Of a stretch of 64,000 nt of DNA, positions 53,901 to 64,000 are shown piece after piece (position 1 is the first letter of the stretch; every line of letters starts with the position of its first letter). Location: NCBI RefSeq assembly GCF_009834535.1, contig NC_045707.1, positions 53,446,001 to 53,510,000 of the forward strand. The letters run 5' to 3'. Below the pieces are notes generated by a model. That model had not been told where the DNA came from. It saw nothing but the letters and a program-made list of their open reading frames with translations, and did not search any database. A program made the translations under genes and the position numbers. Source of the stretch: Camelus ferus. Taxonomy: Eukaryota.

Positions 53901-54364
53901 CAGTTAAAGAAAAACATATAAAAATGGTCACTTTATGTGGTTATTTATCAAAATGAGGTTTTATGCATGTTACTTTTCCAAAGTCACAAATAACACAAAA
54001 TTCAGATAATAAAAGAAATGTCGTTATTTCAAATCTTCCTGACTAAAGGCCTATGCACAACCTTGCTAAGATTCTCTGAATTAAAGCCAAATGACAAGAA
54101 GCAAAAGAAGTAATTAGAACTGATTAAGTTAAAAAAGACAAGGAAAATGACTGGAGCACAAATGAAAACTCAAAAAATGACCCTGAAATAATTATAAAGC
54201 TCTAACTTGTAGACTATTTGACCAAGCCATAGGAAAAAAAAGCATAAAACAAACTGCAAAGCCACTACTTATCTATGATAGGAATGCTACTGTGTGCTTC
54301 CTCTGCCACATTAGGAGCCCTGCTAGCAGCAATTTGTTTAAAACACTTAAGAAAACTTTTTACT

Positions 54365-55110
54365 TACTTAAGCTTGTTATTTTGATGTAACAGTTGCCTC
54401 GTATACATTTGTCAGAAACAGAAGCAGCCCTGTATGCCTCACCCAGTTCCTCCAATGGTAACATTCTGCAGAACTACAGTACAGCATCACAGCCAGAATG
54501 TTGATACCGGTACTGTCAGAGAGAAAGAGAGAGAGAGAAAGAACTCCATCACAGAGAGTATATCCCATGTTGCCTTTTTAAAGCAAAACACAGCCGCTGC
54601 CCCGCCTCATTTCCTGATCCCTGGCAACCACTAATCAGTTTTGCACTTCTACAACCTTGTCAATTAAAGAATAATATATACACGTAATCACCTATGTCAC
54701 CTTTTAGGACTGGCTTTTTGTGCTCAGCTAAATTCCCTGGACATTTACCAGGTGTGTATCAACAGTTACGTTCTTTTTATTTTTGTGGACAGACCACAGC
54801 TTGTTTAACCAGTCACCCCTTGAAGGACATCTGCATTGTTCTCAGTCTGGGGCTACTAAGAAAGAAGCCGCTATGAACGCTGTGCACATGATCTTACGTG
54901 AATGTAATTTTCATTCTCTAGGATAAATGTCTAAGGGTGCAACTGCTAAGCTGTATGGTAACTGCATGTTTAGTCTTATAAGAAACTGCCAAACTGTTTT
55001 CCAGGGTAGCTGTGCCATTTTACAGTCCCACCAGCAATGTGTGAGTGGTCCAGTTTCTCTACATGATTTGGTGTGGTCACTATTTTTTATTTTAGCCATT
55101 CTGATACACA
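54365..55110 (-). mobile_element. LINE-1 (L1MC-like) 3' fragment
   Basis: ccctggcaaccactaatc, aagaaactgccaaactgttttccag, ttttagccattctgata. Confidence 0.75.
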
Positions 55111-55370
55111 GGAAACTTAGAAGGAATGGAGTGACTCCACCTTGGTGGAACCAGAAGTCCCAACAGGAAACTTTACTGACACTGATCAGAAAAGTAATAG
55201 ATAGCTAATAAAAATCAATTTTTCTCCTCATATTGAGTAGATAATTGACTTATAATGCTAAAACCAAAAAAAGCTCTCTCAGCTACATTTCAATATACTA
55301 ACAGATTAAGAGATTAGACATTACAACTCAAGTTTTCCAGAAGAGGAAACAGGCTCAGAAGTTAAATGGT

Positions 55371-55519
55371 GGGGAATGGGTATAGCTCAGTGGTAGAGTT
55401 CATGCCTAGCATGCACAAGGTCCTGGGTTAAATCAGCAGTACCTCCATTAAAAAACAAATAAATAAATAAATAACCTAATTACCTCCCAAAATTTAAAAA
55501 TAAATAAAATTTAAAAAAA
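55371..55519 (+). mobile_element. Vic-1-like SINE
   Basis: gggtatagctcagtggtagag...gcatgcacaaggtcctgggtt; target-site duplication agaagtta(a/t)atgg. Confidence 0.88.
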
Positions 55520-55706
55520 GAAGTTATATGGCTTCATTAAATACATATTAATATAACACCTCTGATATAGTAAACCCTGAGGAAACAAACAACAACAAAA
55601 AGAAAACTCCTGCTTTCAAGGAATGCGTGCTCTGAAAGGCAACATTAATTAATAATGAAAAGAAAAATTAAACACTAGATTAGAAGTATGTCATGGTATA
55701 CTGATG

Positions 55707-55709
<3 letters not shown>

Positions 55710-55746
<37 letters not shown>

Positions 55747-55762
55747 ACACAGACACACACAG
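55710..55762. repeat. (CA)n microsatellite
   Basis: Direct reading. Confidence 0.95.
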
Positions 55763-56069
55763 ATGCTCCGCTTTGAATTGATCAGGAAAGAAAGACTCAC
55801 TGACAAAATGTCTGGAGAATCAACATGCACAAAAACACGAAATAACAGTAAACATTTACTAAACACTTCGTGCCCTGAACATCTAGTGTTGCTAAAGTTG
55901 TCTATCCTTCAAAATATAAAATTAAATATAAGCCATTCAGAATAACCTAAGAACCCATATTCATTTAAAAAGCTAATAAAACTAAGGTGTGTACTTACTT
56001 GCAAAAACCATTACTGATCTTTTTTCATTATTATGCATCTAGAAAAGTAAATCAGAATGAAAGAAATGG

Positions 56070-56405
56070 AATGCTACAGAGTATCTGTGTTCCTCTAAAA
56101 CTCACATATTGAAGCCTAATCCTCAATGTGATGGTGCTAAGAGGTGGGTCTTTAGGAGGCGATTAGGCTATGCGGGTGGAGTTCTCATGAATGGAACCAG
56201 TGCCCTGTAGAAGATGCCCCAGAGAGATCCCTGGCCCCTTCCATCATGTGAGGATGCAGCAGGAAGGTTCTATGAACCAGAAGTCCTCGCCAGACACCAA
56301 ATAAGTGTATGGACTTCCAACCTCCAGAACTGTGAGAAATAAATTTCTGTTTACAAGCCACCCAGTCTATGGTATTTTTGTTACAGCAGCCTGAACAGAC
56401 TAGGA
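56070..56405 (+). mobile_element. MLT1A-like MaLR LTR
   Basis: catattgaagcctaatcc.caatgtgatggt...cctccagaactgtgagaaataaatttctgttt. Confidence 0.8.
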
Positions 56406-56676
56406 CAGGAAATACAATTATCACTATTTTCAGGTTGTATAATGGATTCATAAACCCATAAATTACAGGCACTTAACTATATAGTTTATACAGATAAAAC
56501 CTTTACCAGGAATTTATCACTTAGTAACCCATTTTATTTGCTGAAAAGAGGTACCCTTGAAATCAAGGCCCATTCCAATGAAATTCCAGGAAGGACATCA
56601 GCCAGACTGGGAGAACAGTTTGCATTTACAAACATTTCTGGGTGCCCAATGTGTGCCAGGCATTGTGCTGGCATCT

Positions 56677-57075
56677 GTTGTTACAGTTTGAATTGTGTGC
56701 CCCCCAGAATTCATTCATATGTTAAAGTTCTAACCACTAGCATCTCAGAATGTAACCTTATTTGGAGCTAGGGTTTTTACAGAAGTAACTGAATTAAACT
56801 GAGATAATTAGGGTGGGCCCTAATCCAACATGACAGATATTCTTATAAGAGAAGAAATCTGGACACAGAACCAGACATGCAGAGGGAAGACAATAGAAAG
56901 ACACATGCAGAGAAGACAGCAACCTGCAAGTCAAGGAAAGAAGCCTGAAGCACATCCTAGGAGCCAACTCTGCCAATACCTTCACTTTGGACTTCCAGCG
57001 TCCAGAACTGTGAGGCTGTTAAGTTTCTGTTGGTCCAACCACCCAGTCTGTAGCACGGCATCATGGCAGCCCTAG
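56677..57075 (+). mobile_element. MLT1B/C-like MaLR LTR
   Basis: ttgaattgtgtgcccccagaattcattcatatgttaaagttctaacc...ggtgggccctaatccaa...tccagaactgtgag. Confidence 0.8.
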
Positions 57076-57943
57076 CCACAGCCTGGCCTTAGCCACCCAG
57101 GATACAAAGAAGAGCAACAGAAGAGAGTCTGCCCTTAAGAAGCCTACGTTCGAATGGGGAGAAAAACATGCCAACAAATAATAATTTAGAAGTTTACTAA
57201 TGCCTCTCAAGCAGATTTCAGACCTCAATAACAAAGATTTTGAGAACATATTTTGCAGGGCATTTTAAGAAAAATATTAAACACTATTTCCTTTTCATTG
57301 CATAGTTTCATTTTGATACATTTTTTAAAAGTTCCACCTTTTAAAGAAAATCACTATCTACAAAGGTTCCAGGCTCTTTTCAGGTTTTTACCTTCTTCCT
57401 TGTCCCTCGCACCTTCTGAGGAACATGCATTTGCTCACTTCTCTCACCCCATCCCACTTCCTCCATTTCCTTCCCCTTTCTCCTCTGTTCTTCAGTGCCT
57501 TACAGGTAAGGAAACAGAGACATAGAGACAAGGAAATGGAGTCTCCCCCCTTTTCACACACTCTGCAGAAGTATGTTTCCCTACTTCTGATTCCCGGTTG
57601 TCAAAAAAATATTACTTCCAAGTCCTAAAAATTTAATAGCCTGTCCTGAACTAAAACTTTAGACGTTGCGATTTTACAAAGGAGCCAGTTACAGGACGTG
57701 CCTTGGGGCCCCTTTTCTTTCAATGTCTATTTGTAAGCTTTTGTTAAATTATTAACCATTCTTTCTTGCCTTAACAAGCTACTTATGCTGTAAATAAATT
57801 ATACACAGACATAAGCTCTTACAGCCTATCAGCATGTATTGATCATTCTACAGAACAGAAAGTACAGAAGAATGGGTTGACTATATATTGGGATGGGGAA
57901 ATGATCCCCCCAAATCCTCTTGAAATTAAATACAAGGTAGCAG

Positions 57944-58038
57944 GGGATGCGGGTATGGCTCAGTAGTAGAGCACATGCTTGGCATCCACAAGGTCCTGGA
58001 TTCAAACCCCAGGACAATCAATCAATCAATCAAATAAT
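57944..58038 (+). mobile_element. Vic-1-like SINE
   Basis: gggtatggctcagtagtagagcacatgcttggcatccacaaggtcctgg; perfect target-site duplication aaatacaaggtagcag (57928 and 58039). Confidence 0.88.
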
Positions 58039-58150
58039 AAATACAAGGTAGCAGCTTATTTAATATTTCTTTCTCTCTCCAAGTTGAACTTGACTATACC
58101 AACTTTAAATCTCCAGGAAAAGATATAAGCTATGTCTGTAAAAGAAAACA

Positions 58151-58365
58151 CAGTTAGTTTACCCTTGAACAACACAAGTCCGAGCTGTGTGGGTTCACCT
58201 ACACGTGGATTTTTTTCAAAACTAGGTACTACTACTGCACAGTCTGCAGTAGGTGAATCCATGGGTGCAAGAGGGCTGACTTGTAAAGTTTATTATAGGC
58301 AGATTTTATACTGCACAGAGGGCCAGCATCTCTAGCCCCCCCACACTGTTCAAAGGTCAACTGTA
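58151..58365. mobile_element. MER8/Tigger2-derived MITE
   Basis: Imperfect terminal inverted repeats cagtt..acccttgaacaa ... tgttcaaaggtcaactg followed by ta. Confidence 0.7.
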
Positions 58366-59688
58366 CTATTTTCTCCACACATTATATAGTGAATTACGAA
58401 ACCAGAATTAAATTATCTTTGCAAATCACAGCATTTGGCACTAATAATAATAAATAAATTCTGCAGTACCATTAGAAGACTATGATATTACAAACACCAT
58501 GTGCCAGTTTATTTAATACAGTGTTTCATGAATTTAAAAAAAAATAGGGGAATTTTATTTTTCATTCGCATAAAAAGAACCCCCTTAAATGTTAGCGAAA
58601 TAATAATATAGCATAAAGAAATGTTTAGTGTCTTATCCACAGAAAGTTTTCTCACTCTCCCGGACTCTGAGTAGGCTCTCATACAGCTCTTTTTGCCATC
58701 AAACATAACAGTAACTGGTACCATTAAGCACCTACTAAGTGTAAACCTTTGAACTAAGCACTTTTATTAATTTTTTTAAAGCTCACAATAACCCAATGAG
58801 ACACACAATTCTTATGCCTATTTTCCAGTGCAGAAACTGAGGCTCAGCGTGCTTAGCTTGCTTTCTCAAGACCCCACAGGCAGGAGGACACAGTCAGAAC
58901 ACCGTGGGGTCAGATGAGATCTCTGAAGTCTCAGGCCCTGACTTCTCCTGCCCCTCCCACAGGGTAACTGAGTGTGGCAGCAGAACCAGCAGCCTCCTTG
59001 ATACCCACCGATTCTCGTCTTCCTCATCAACAAAATCCTAATTTTATTTGATCAGCAACATATATGTTTAAAAATCCTTGATTTCTGACATCTGTTTAGT
59101 GGAGGTGACCCTATGTAACAGATTCTGACCAAAGGTAGAGGTCCTGGGGCGAGTACTTATTCCCAGAAGAAAAGTTCATTTGGAGAAAATCCTCCAACCC
59201 TACACTCTTCCTGAGAACTGGGTCTGGAGAATCCAGCTTCTACCTAACAACCACAAAAACAAACCCCACATTAGGGCTGCAGAACTCAGAACAAGTCTGG
59301 GTCCCTGGACTTCTTGCTTCAGGAGATAAATTCAACCCCATTTCTTCAAACACCTCAATAGGGCTTCCTATCATTTGTAGCTGAAAGCTTTTCCCAACTA
59401 ATTCGCCAAATAAGAATTTCATTAACAAGCAGTATAGTCCTTATACCATAGGCCATAACTGTATTTCCCAAATCAGATTTTTTAAAAACCCTGGAGCTAT
59501 GAGCTTGAGCTTTCCTACTGGGCTCTGCTGATAACAGTGATCCCAGAAAGGACACATAGAATTTGTTAATGATTACCTAGAGGAGGCAGGAAAAATGGGG
59601 TAGATGATGACAAAGGTGAGGAAGAGATTTTTCAAAAAAAGTATCTTTTTACATTGTTTGGGTGTTTTTTAAACCATGAATATATTAC

Positions 59689-59755
59689 CTTTCTTGGGTC
59701 TAGAGGATAACTCAAAGTGCTTTTCTGCAGTAGTCTTCTTTTCAGCTGTTAATGA
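59689..59755 (-). pseudogene. SPIDR: SPIDR-like exon 3 (acceptor reads CTG)
   Basis: 67 nt, SLTAEKKTTAEKHFELSSRPKK(E); cf. human SLTAEEKTITEKHLELCPRPKQE; gtaata donor. Confidence 0.87.
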
Positions 59756-60420
59756 CAGCAGGCAGATAATGATAACAACAATAATAACTAATAATGATGT
59801 AGTAATTTAGGGGACAGGGGCCAAAACCCAACAATATTATGTAAAATATTCAAGAACTTAGATTATATCACCTTTACATATTTCTGTTTTCCTTTATTTA
59901 TATTTACCAAAAAGTATTCCCAAAGCACATACTCCTCATATACCTAATAAATGTATTTTTACATTTTTCCTCAATCTAAATAGAGAGAGAGCAACCCCAC
60001 CTTTAAAGTTTCTAACAGTGGTCAGTACTCCTCTTTATGGTGAATACTTCAAAGTTACCACATAAACAAAAATTAACCTGAATATCTCAATGCCAAAAGA
60101 TTCTGAATATATCAGCATTTCATAAATGTACTTTTTATAGAGTAAATGCTCAACCGCTTCATCTCTGAGAACATTTTCAGTATGTATCCTCTACTTATAA
60201 AGAAGTATAGAGGCTCTGCATGACAGAAAGGGGTGGATACTAATATGCCACAATTTTTAAGGAATTCAAGGATGAGTGAAAAAAAGTAATCCACCAACTA
60301 CAGTGTTCTGAAAGGAAATAAAGAAGGGAATGCCAAAGAAATACATTACAGTGGCCTGAACACTCAGTAACTAGGATTATCCTTCAGCATTCAGGGCAAA
60401 CAGTATTACAGCTATCTTAC

Positions 60421-60576
60421 CGGAGTCCCAGCAGTCTCCTGAAATCCTTCTCCACACCTGAGCCATGCTTCAGAGAGGGAAGCAGCTGCCCCTACGGTCC
60501 TGAGACCCACTCTTCTGCACTGTAGTGGAGTCTCTCCTGGAAAGGATGGGTAGTCTATACCCCAATTTCTTTTTCT
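60421..60576 (-). pseudogene. SPIDR: SPIDR-like exon 2
   Basis: 156 nt, RKRNWGIDYPSFPGETPLQCRRVGLRTVGAAASLSEAWLRCGEGFQETAGTP; cf. human RKRSWNTECPSFPGERPLQVRRAGLRTAGAAASLSEAWLRCGEGFQ; ctacag acceptor and gtaag donor. Confidence 0.92.
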
Positions 60577-61267
60577 CTGTAGAGATAGTCTGTAAAGGAA
60601 AAAAAAAATGAAATCAACTTCATTAAATACACATTAACAATTAACAACATGGAAACCCAGGAATGGCAGCAGTGAAGGCATAGTTTTTAAATGTGTCTGA
60701 ATCCACAGAGTCGTTAGACAGCAAAACCAAAAACGTTTGGACAACACTTACAACTAGACACAGTCCAAAATGCACACGTGTGAGGACAAACAAGGACCCT
60801 CCAAAGTCCTGCACAGTATTACATCTTTTGTTTTGTATAAAGTCTCTACAACAGACATGTATTCACTTCATAAGTTTTTTAATTTGCATTTTAAGGAAAA
60901 TTTTAGATTTACATTAGGAACCAAGTTAAGGTCAACTACTACGAGCTAATCACCTCATCAGAAATAAAACCCTTCATCAATGCCACTGTAGTTTGAAAAA
61001 AAAAATAATGATTAAAATATACCATGAAAACTTCCTTAATTAGGAGGAAGGGAACAAATTCATAAATTCAGCCATAACACAGATGGTACTTAATAGGTCT
61101 AAGCATGTTCCTTCATAAGTAGAAATTCCTACAGTTGGGCAGGATTGCAAGAGGAAGAGCATCTACCCCCAGGAAGGCGCTGTCTCCACCAGGGTGCAGT
61201 TATCTGACAGCTCTGAAGACGCTCCCTTAGTTATCTGAACAGTAAAGAACGTGGAAATATCATGAGA

Positions 61268-61387
<120 letters not shown>

Positions 61388-61499
61388 CACTCCAGAATAC
61401 CTCTTTAACACATTAAATCAGCGCAGGTCTTTAAAGACGTAGGTGACACCGGCGATGGGACAGGAAAGGACAAGAGGAGCCTGAAACCTCTTAAGTCAG

Positions 61500-61840
61500 A
61501 GAGTCAAAAACTGCTCAAGGAATAATGAAAACATGTCAGAAGGACCCATGAACCTGCAAGAAGGAGCTCTCACTGTGGCCAAATGTGGGCATTTCAGCAT
61601 CAAATAAATAATGACACTGAAGGATTAAAACCTACTGAATGAAATAAAAATGAGCCTAAATTGATACAAACAAGTAAGTAAATGATGGATTCAGAAAATC
61701 ATCAGTGAATGCTAAAACTAGTGGATGAACGTTTGAAGAGGATACACACACGGTCACAAAGCACCGCCCCACAAATTACTTATTAATTCCAAAAGGGAAA
61801 ACAGTAACTTTACATCGGAGAAACCTAGCAGACACCATTT
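61500..61840 (+). mobile_element. L1MC3/4-like 3' fragment
   Basis: tgctaaaactagtggatgaa, caaattacttattaatt.caaaagggaaaacagtaactttaca..ggagaaacct.gcagacacca. Confidence 0.6.
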
Positions 61841-61954
61841 ATTTTCTGCGGAAGTTTTTTGGTAAAAGGACGACGAGTTCACGCTTTTAGCATGATGAGA
61901 CGAGTACATTTGTAGGCAAGAAGCTCAAAAATAACCTGTGAAAGGTAAAGGACA

Positions 61955-62730
61955 CACGCAGGGCACACGCAGCGACTCAGAACGCAAATGCCCTCACCCC
62001 CTCGCGTCACCCGGCCGCCCCACTCGGACCCCGCGCCCGACGCGGCGCAGACACCGCCGAACACCCGCGAGGCGCGGACCCCACGGCCTGACTGACCGGC
62101 GGCCGCCGCCCCCCGCCGCCCCCGCCCTCCAGGGGACGGCTTCTCCCGCCCCGCCTCCGACGCGAGCTGCGTCCGCGCCACAGACGCCGCAGAGCCCCGG
62201 CTGCCTGCCCGGGGCCAGCCACCCGCCCCCTGCGCCCCGCGGGCCGGAACGACAGGGAGAGACCGAGGAGGCAGCGCCCACAGCCTACCTTCCCGCTGCC
62301 ACAGCGGCCCCCGCGAGGCATCTCCGGGTGCGCCGCCTCCTCAGGGCGCCCGAAAGCTGTGCGCTGCCGAACCAACTCGGCGTGCCGTGCAGCACCGCGC
62401 GCCGCGATTGGCGGGTGCTGGGGCGGGGGGCGGGGATTCTTCGGGCGCACCGCCCCCCCAGGACGCCGCGCCGCGTGCTGCGATTGGCCGGCGCTCAGGG
62501 GTGGGCGTGGCTCTCCCGCTTTCCGCGCTATCTGGGACTGTCCCACAGTGCGGGGGTGGGAGCCGGGCGCCGGCACCAGCTGTGGGGCGAGTCGTGCTGC
62601 GCTGCTCCGCCTGCCTGTGACCGGGCCCAAGGTCGGCAGAGTGCTCCCTGGACGGGCAACAGCGCCGCCGTCGCCTCCTGGTCGGGGAGCTGCTGGGCGA
62701 GCGCCCCGCGTGGGGTCTGTCAAGCAGGTC
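61955..62730 (-). promoter_or_regulatory. CpG-island promoter of the SPIDR copy
   Basis: CpG-dense region spanning exon 1; two CCAAT boxes on the minus strand (gattgg at ~62406 and ~62482); GC boxes. Confidence 0.85.
62289..62321 (-). pseudogene. SPIDR: SPIDR-like coding exon 1 (MPRGGRCGSGK)
   Basis: gagATGCCTCGCGGG..., 33 nt, AAG|gtagg donor; cf. human MPRGSRARGSK; in frame with exon 2. Confidence 0.88.
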
Positions 62731-63759
62731 CAGCCTTAATAAAAATAAATGTTAGCCGAAGTGGGCTATGAATTTAACAGTCGGAACTTAGGGAATGGTT
62801 GCAGCCTGGATAACCGGAGGCAGGGGTGTTACTTCCCCATCTCCTGAGAGCTGAGGGTCAGTATCCAGAGCAAGAATTTTCAAGTTCAGAGACATCGGAA
62901 TCCCCGTGGGACTTGCTATGGCCGGTGACTGAGTTTCGGACTCCGAGGGTCCGGAGTGGGTCCAGAGAGCTTGCATTTCCTACAAGTTGCCAGGTAATCT
63001 TGCCCCTTTCCGCCTCACTTTGAGAACCGGAGGCAGCGCCCTCCTTTAGACCCCATAAGGGAGCTCGATTAAGTATCCCTGCTCTTGGAGAATAGATTTA
63101 AAACGGAATACAGTGGGAAGGTGCCCGGACTGAGTAGAAACGGAATTAGGTTACCAAGTCACTAGGTAGGAGTATTCTCAAATAAAGGTTGCAGAGAGAA
63201 CTAAAATAGTGATTTGAGCGAACTGAAAAATGTCAGCCTGGATAGGTGGAAAGGATTCCCATTTTTAACCTGACAGCTATAGCAGAAGTGGAGTTTGGTC
63301 TTATGCTCCAAAAGCACATATTTGTGCCTCTGTAAGAATACGTTGTTTTGCAGTGTACCTATTTTCAGTCTTTCCTCCCTAGTCCCTATTTTTTCATCAT
63401 CTTGTGTTTGAGTTCTGATGCCTAAAGCCACAAATGCTTAGTATAAAGTGAGAAGTCCTTGAATGGTTAAAAAAAGAGAGAGAAAAGTATTAGCTTAAGG
63501 TAGACATTGCTAACACTATTACAGTCAACATGTAGAATAAGATAAATTAGATTCTAAATCTAGCTAGTTTAGGACTTAGAATATTGGGCTTCTGACTGGG
63601 ACTCCACAAAGCTCTGCCATTGTTGCCTTGTGACACAGTTTGACCATCCTATTGTGTCTGTGCCTGGGCTCTCAGTTTTACAGCTGCAACCAGACCCTTC
63701 CAAGCTGCTCCAGCTGTAGACCCATTATGTTGCCTACCTGTCATTGCCAGCTGAATGCC

Positions 63760-64000
63760 TGTTTTAGTCAGTTTTTGTGTGTGTGCAGACAGTGCCATGT
63801 CCTTCTTTGGTTTGTGGTGTCCAGTTTTCCCAGTGCCATTCATTGAGGGGAATGTCCTTTCCCTGGTGTAGGTTCCGGGCTCCTTTCATGTGAATTAACT
63901 GACCACATACCCATAGGTGATTTCTGGGCTATCTGTTCCTCTGGTCCGTGTCCCTGCTTTTGTGCCAATTCCACACTTTTTTGGTGACTGTAGTTTTGTA
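63760..64000 (-). mobile_element. LINE-1 fragment running off the right edge
   Basis: gtccagttttcccagtgccattcattga...tgctttttgtgccaat.ccacact...gactgtag. Confidence 0.65.

Noticed and set aside
21822..58038. tRNA-like A/B-box sequences as tRNA genes
   Set aside because: All have A-rich tails and most have target-site duplications; they are SINEs
61938..62771. 277-aa and 238-aa ORFs in the right-hand CpG island
   Set aside because: Low-complexity P/R/A/G products of stop-poor GC-rich DNA; only 33 nt correspond to SPIDR exon 1

Overview
This is mammalian genomic DNA, very probably camelid: six tRNA-derived SINEs match the Vic-1 type. The left part holds the 5' half of SEPTIN10 (minus strand, coding exons 1-4). 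It sits head-to-head with the single-exon SOWAHC (plus strand) on a shared CpG island. An NDUFB10 processed pseudogene lies in SEPTIN10 intron 2. About 23 kb of gene-free, repeat-rich DNA follows. At 51562-52715 there is a ~1.15 kb degenerate (TTAGGG)n interstitial telomere-like array with higher-order structure. Directly beyond it, on the minus strand, is a SPIDR copy with a CpG-island promoter and exons 1-4 only; it breaks off at the array. In human, SEPTIN10/SOWAHC (2q13) and SPIDR (8q11) are unlinked, so the array marks a rearrangement or duplication junction. In this SPIDR copy the acceptors of exons 3 and 4 both read CTG rather than CAG. Gene identities come from my recall of the human proteins, not from a database search.
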